Shown one piece after another: positions 27,601 through 32,000 of a stretch of 32,000 nucleotides of DNA. The notes under the pieces were generated by a model, which saw only the letters and a list, made by a program, of their open reading frames with translations, searched no databases and was not told the origin of the DNA. The position numbers and the translations under genes were made by a program. The DNA is taken from contig NC_002677.1 of assembly GCF_000195855.1 (NCBI RefSeq), forward strand, positions 2,730,001 through 2,762,000, in the 5' to 3' direction. The DNA is from Mycobacterium leprae TN. Lineage in GTDB: Bacteria; Actinomycetota; Actinomycetes; Mycobacteriales; Mycobacteriaceae. Position 1 is the first letter of the stretch. Each line of letters opens with the position of its first letter.

Positions 27601-27740
27601 TCGGGTTCGTTAACTGCAGGATTGCATGTCCAGTCGACATCACCAATGTCGTTGCACGTCGTGTAGGCCTGCCACTATATGAGGGCGACCCGCTGCACCC
27701 AGCGCAAGCGCCGCGCTTACGATCGCCCTAAACTGCACGG

Positions 27741-28976
27741 GTGTTTACCGTCCGCGCACGTCTAGCCCTGGCCGCCGGAGCAAGCGCGCGGTGGACATCA
27801 CGCATTACCGGACGCGGAGCTGGGACAATGATCGGCGGCCTGGTAGCGATAACCTTGGACCGCTCAATTCTCAGCCAGCTGGGAGCGGGCCGGCGCACCA
27901 TCGTCGTCACCGGCACCAACGGCAAATCAACGACCACCCGGATGACTGTGGATGCGTTGAGCACACTGGCCCCTGGCTCAGTGGCGACCAATGCTGAAGG
28001 CGCCAACATGGACGCTGGCCTAGTGGCCGCGCTAGCTGCGAATCGTGCCGCCACACTCGCAGTACTCGAGGTCGACGAGATGCATGTGCCGCGCGTCGCC
28101 GATGCCCTCACGCCTCACATCGTCGTACTGCTCAACCTGTCTCGTGATCAGCTGGACCGCGTGGGCGAGATCAACGTGATCGAACGCACGCTGCGCACCG
28201 GCCTGGCCCGGCACCCGACGGCAGTCGTCATCGCCAATTGCGACGACGTGCTGATGACCTCAGTCGCCTACGACAGTCCGAACGTGGTTTGGGTGGCCGC
28301 GGGCGGCACCTGGTCGAACGACTCAGTCAGCTGCCCCCGCAGCGGCGAAGTCATCGTCCGCAAAAATAGACATTGGTATTCCACCGGCGCTGATTTCAAG
28401 CGACCCAGCCCACACTGGTGGTTCGACGACAACACCCTGTATGGGCCCGATGAGTTGGCGCTGCCGATGCGGCTGGCGCTGCCCGGCTCGGTGAATCGCG
28501 GCAACGCCGCCCAGGCGGTGGCCACTGCTGTCATGCTAGGTGCCGACGCCACAACAGCAGTAGCAGCAGTGTCCAAGGTCGACGAAGTCGCCGGACGATA
28601 CCGGAGCGTACGGATCGGCGAACACACCACCCGGATCTTGCTGGCTAAGAATCCGGCGGGCTGGCAGGAGGCGCTGTCGATGGTGGACACACAGGCCGCC
28701 GGGGTGGTCATCTCGATCAACGGGCAGGTACCCGACGGCAAGGACCTGTCGTGGTTGTGGGATGTGCGTTTCGAACACTTCGAGAAGATTCCCGTGGTAG
28801 CCGCTGGCGAACGCGGCACCGACCTAGCTGTGCGCCTGAGATATGCAGGCGTGGAACACACTCTGGTGCACGACACCGTAGCCGCGATCGCCTCGTGCCC
28901 ACCCGGGCAGGTGGAGGTCGTCGCCAACTACACCGCGTTCCGTCAGCTACAACGCAGGTTGGCGCGTCATGGCTGA
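27741..28976 (+). CDS. murT: MurT-type Mur ligase-like lipid II isoglutaminyl synthase subunit
   Basis: 411 aa: TIVVTGTNGKSTTTRMTVDAL, NREGANMD-like NAEGANMDAGLVAAL, EVDEMHV, LNLSRDQLDR. It is followed by an overlapping amidotransferase gene. Confidence 0.93.
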   Translation: MFTVRARLALAAGASARWTSRITGRGAGTMIGGLVAITLDRSILSQLGAGRRTIVVTGTNGKSTTTRMTVDALSTLAPGSVATNAEGANMDAGLVAALAANRAATLAVLEVDEMHVPRVADALTPHIVVLLNLSRDQLDRVGEINVIERTLRTGLARHPTAVVIANCDDVLMTSVAYDSPNVVWVAAGGTWSNDSVSCPRSGEVIVRKNRHWYSTGADFKRPSPHWWFDDNTLYGPDELALPMRLALPGSVNRGNAAQAVATAVMLGADATTAVAAVSKVDEVAGRYRSVRIGEHTTRILLAKNPAGWQEALSMVDTQAAGVVISINGQVPDGKDLSWLWDVRFEHFEKIPVVAAGERGTDLAVRLRYAGVEHTLVHDTVAAIASCPPGQVEVVANYTAFRQLQRRLARHG

Positions 28977-29676
28977 CTCGACAGTGCGGATCGGGCTGGT
29001 GTTGCCCGACGTCATGGGCACCTATGGCGACGGCGGCAACGCCGTGGTGCTGCGACAACGGTTGCTGTTGCGAGGCATCGCTGCCGAAATTGTCGAGCTG
29101 ACGCTCGCCGATCCGGTGCCCGAGTCGCTGGACCTGTACACGCTAGGCGGCGCGGAGGACTACGCACAGCGGCTGGCCACAAGACACCTGCTGCGGTATC
29201 CGGGCCTGCAGCATGCAGCCAGTTACGGCGCACCCGTGCTAGCGATTTGTGCGGCTGTACAAGTGCTCGGCCAATGGTACGAGACAGCGTCTAGGGAACG
29301 AGTCGACGGGGTGGGTTTGCTGGATGTGACTACCGCACCGCAAGATGTGCGCACCATAGGCGAACTGGTCAGCACGCCGTTGCTGACCAGCTTGAACCAA
29401 CGCCTGAGCGGCTTCGAAAACCACCGCGGTGGCACCGTGCTCGGCCCAGCTGCGACGCCACTAGGCGCAGTGGTCAAGGGAGCGGGTAACCGAGTTGGTG
29501 ACCACTTCGACGGCGTCATTCAGGGCAGTGTGATGGCTACCTACATGCACGGACCATGTCTGGCCCGTAACCCCGAACTTGCCGACCTACTGTTGAGTAA
29601 AGTGGTAGGTGAGCTGGCGCCACTAGAGCTACCCGAGGTGGAGTTGCTGCGCCGCGAGCGACTGGCGGCTCGTTAG
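28969..29676 (+). CDS. gatD: GatD-type glutamine amidotransferase (CobB/CobQ-like)
   Basis: 235 aa: LDLYTLGGAEDYAQ, PVLAICAAVQVLG (nucleophile Cys), GFENHRG and TYMHGPCLARNPELAD (His). It overlaps murT by 8 nt. Confidence 0.93.
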   Translation: MADSTVRIGLVLPDVMGTYGDGGNAVVLRQRLLLRGIAAEIVELTLADPVPESLDLYTLGGAEDYAQRLATRHLLRYPGLQHAASYGAPVLAICAAVQVLGQWYETASRERVDGVGLLDVTTAPQDVRTIGELVSTPLLTSLNQRLSGFENHRGGTVLGPAATPLGAVVKGAGNRVGDHFDGVIQGSVMATYMHGPCLARNPELADLLLSKVVGELAPLELPEVELLRRERLAAR

Positions 29677-29889
29677 GCCCTCCAACCCCTGGCGAGCAGC
29701 GTGTTGGGCCCCGAACCAACACTTCGTTGGATTTGTTTGGATTTGTCTTGGGAAATTACGTCGTAATGACCCAAGTTAAGTCTTCCAACTTGCGTAGCCA
29801 TCGCTGGACGCAGGTATATTGCGGACAATCGCTGTGATGGTGGTCAACGCCATATTCAACGTCCACCTTGTACCCCGCCCAGCCCATAA

Positions 29890-30504
29890 TCAAATACGCC
29901 TATCGGACGTCAGTTCTCCTGCACCGGTTGCCCGGTGGAAACGGGCAGGTTGACGTCGATCAACCACAAACGCAACCAAGTCTCTTTGGGGGAAGCGGCG
30001 CCCGGATAGACGAGCGCAAACGCCGCGCGCAGCCGTCGTGTATCCGAGTACCGCTTGGCAAAGAACAGCACATTTTCGCACGAAAACAGGGTCTACCCGC
30101 ATGAGAGCGTCGAGCCGCGCCACCGCCTGCCAGCGTAGCAGATGCCGACCGCGGTCATACGCCGTGCTGGCCAACGTAGTGACGGGCAGCCCCGGGGGGC
30201 CGACACGGTTGATCTGGTCGTCGGCCACGGCCTCGCTGCAAGACGATAAGGCCGCGTTGTGGCCGGGTGCTGGGCCCGATCAATTCGACAGCAAAGCCGT
30301 CGTCCACCCACTGCGCACAATCAATCGAGGAAGCAGCGGCGCCGGCAAGGACAGCCTTTGACCGCACGAGGCCAGCCAGACGCCGGTAACGCAGCCGCGC
30401 AGCGTGGGTGCCAGAACACCTCGGCACGTAAATGCCGGGGTAGATCGCGTAATGCCAGTGCTGAAGTTCATATATGGCCATCCGACCAGCGTTAATGACC
30501 TCAC
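29890..30504 (-). pseudogene. Unresolved decayed gene in the Rv3714c position
   Basis: Short GC-rich minus-strand frames between gatD and recR. Assignment is positional only. Confidence 0.3.
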
Positions 30505-30629
30505 ATGCTAATAAAGACGTTCCGCATGACAAGCATGCTAACACCGCCATCGACATTCCCCAGATCGACGTTTTGCAGATAAAACCCGAGAAAGCACCTG
30601 CAAACGTCGATTTCGGCGAAACGCCGAAA

Positions 30630-31241
30630 TCAGACCATCGTTCGCCGGCCGGTCAGCGCACGGCCGAGTGTCAGCTCGTCGGCGAATTCCAGGTCGCCGC
30701 CCATCGGCAAGCCGGACGCGATCCGCGTCACGGTCAAGCCGGGCATATCGCGCAGCATCCGAACCAAATAGGTGGCGGTTGCCTCACCCTCGGTATTGGG
30801 GTCGGTGGCAATGATCACCTCTGTAATGCCCACATCGTCGACCCGCTCACCGATGCGGCTTAGCAACTCGCGGATCCGCAGCTGCTCGGGACCAATTCCG
30901 GATAGCGGATCAAGCGCACCGCCCAACACGTGATAGCGGCCGCGGAATTCGCGGGTGCGCTCCACGGCCTGGACATCTTTCGGTTCCTCAACCACGCACA
31001 CCACAGATGCATCTCGACGGGTATCAGAACAAATTCTGCATCGCTCGTCGTCAGATACATTGCCGCACACCGTACAGAACCGCACGTCATCGCGAACCTT
31101 TACCAACACGGCTGTCAACCGGTCGATATCTTGCGGTTCCACTGATAACAGGTGAAAGGCGATGCGCTGCGCGCTTTTAGGTCCAATACCAGGCAGCTTG
31201 CCAAGCTCGTCAATCAGATTCTGGACCGGCCCCTCAAACAC
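30630..31241 (-). CDS. recR: Recombination mediator RecR
   Basis: 203 aa: [21 protein letters not shown]4 zinc motif [16 protein letters not shown], Toprim [17 protein letters not shown]-terminal [10 protein letters not shown]. Confidence 0.97.
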   Translation of the reverse strand: MFEGPVQNLIDELGKLPGIGPKSAQRIAFHLLSVEPQDIDRLTAVLVKVRDDVRFCTVCGNVSDDERCRICSDTRRDASVVCVVEEPKDVQAVERTREFRGRYHVLGGALDPLSGIGPEQLRIRELLSRIGERVDDVGITEVIIATDPNTEGEATATYLVRMLRDMPGLTVTRIASGLPMGGDLEFADELTLGRALTGRRTMV

Positions 31242-31252
31242 GTCGATGCAAT

Positions 31253-31603
31253 TCAGGTTCCTGCCATGTAAGTCGGTGGGGTCGGTGGCGGTGCCGTCGG
31301 ACGCATGGCGCTGGTCAACGCTCCCAAACGCTCCTGAGCCAGTTTGGTGACTTGCTTAGAAGCATCAGCCATCGCGCCGACGATCAGGTCCTGCAAGGTC
31401 TCAATATCGCCAGGGTCGACGACTTTAGGATCGATAGCGACACTAACCACTTCTCCACTGCCTTTGACGACGACCTCGACCAAGCCCCCACCACCCTGAC
31501 CATGCACCTGCGCGTTCGCGAGCTGTTGTTGGGTTTCCAGTAGCTTCTGCTGCATCTGCTGCGCCTGGGCGAGCAGCGCCGACATATCACCTCCGGGTTG
31601 CAT
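31253..31603 (-). CDS. YbaB/EbfC-family nucleoid-associated protein
   Basis: 116 aa: [72 protein letters not shown], immediately upstream of recR. Confidence 0.94.
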   Translation of the reverse strand: MQPGGDMSALLAQAQQMQQKLLETQQQLANAQVHGQGGGGLVEVVVKGSGEVVSVAIDPKVVDPGDIETLQDLIVGAMADASKQVTKLAQERLGALTSAMRPTAPPPTPPTYMAGT

Positions 31604-31702
31604 GACAGCTCCCTCGCATCTTGGTCTCGAATTGGTTTCGCCTACAGATATTAGGGCGATTTGAAATTTCGAGTTTAGACTGCACCAGGCTATCTTTGCG
31701 CC

Positions 31703-32000
31703 GTGAACACACGAGTTAGCCTCCGTATCGGGTTCCGAATGGTCGTAGGCCTATTAGTAGCGGCCTTAACGACAATCACCCCGACCGCGGTAGCCTATCC
31801 CTCTAATCCCGCCAATATAGCTGGCATGATCGTGTTCATCGATCCTGGCCACAACGGCTCCAATGACGCATCCATCAGCCGTCAGGTACCCACCGGTCGT
31901 GGCGGCACCAAAGACTGCCAGGCCAGCGGCACGTCGACGAACAGTGGCTATCCGGAGCACACCTTTACCTGGGACACCGCACTGCAGGTGCGCGCCGCGT
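31703..32000 (+). CDS. N-acetylmuramoyl-L-alanine amidase (Rv3717-type), truncated by the window edge
   Basis: GTG start, signal-like [18 protein letters not shown], then [58 protein letters not shown]. It stays open to base 32000. Confidence 0.9.
   Translation, partial: MNTRVSLRIGFRMVVGLLVAALTTITPTAVAYPSNPANIAGMIVFIDPGHNGSNDASISRQVPTGRGGTKDCQASGTSTNSGYPEHTFTWDTALQVRAA

Noticed and set aside
28268-28927. 219-aa minus-strand ORF antisense to murT
   Set aside because: Shadow ORF opposite a well-supported Mur ligase-like gene; low-complexity Ser/Ala/Thr-rich composition.

Overview
The window reads as an actinobacterial chromosome undergoing reductive decay. Intact mycobacterial genes are separated by long tracts of stop- and frameshift-ridden remnants. 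Gene order (ArsA-like ATPase, whiB4, ponA2, metallophosphoesterase ... glpK ... egt remnants ... asd, ask, leuA, dnaQ remnant, murT, gatD, recR, ybaB, amidase) matches the M. tuberculosis Rv3679-Rv3717 interval. The extent of decay points to Mycobacterium leprae or a very close relative; this is inference from recalled synteny, with no database search. I find no phage, CRISPR, toxin-antitoxin or other defence system, and no convincing new multi-gene system. The observations most worth following up are: (1) a compact leuA leader with a promoter, an apparently leaderless V/M-QQVLLLERRDGV* leader peptide and two mutually exclusive stems sharing one strand; (2) a deletion scar fusing the start of an egtB remnant to the end of an egtE remnant, next to a decayed egtA; (3) three independent 20-21 bp two-copy tandem duplications, one in the ask 5' region; (4) a nearly full-length decayed amine oxidase gene; (5) a PadR-type regulator with a candidate operator; (6) a MurT lacking most of the usual Cys-ribbon cysteines.
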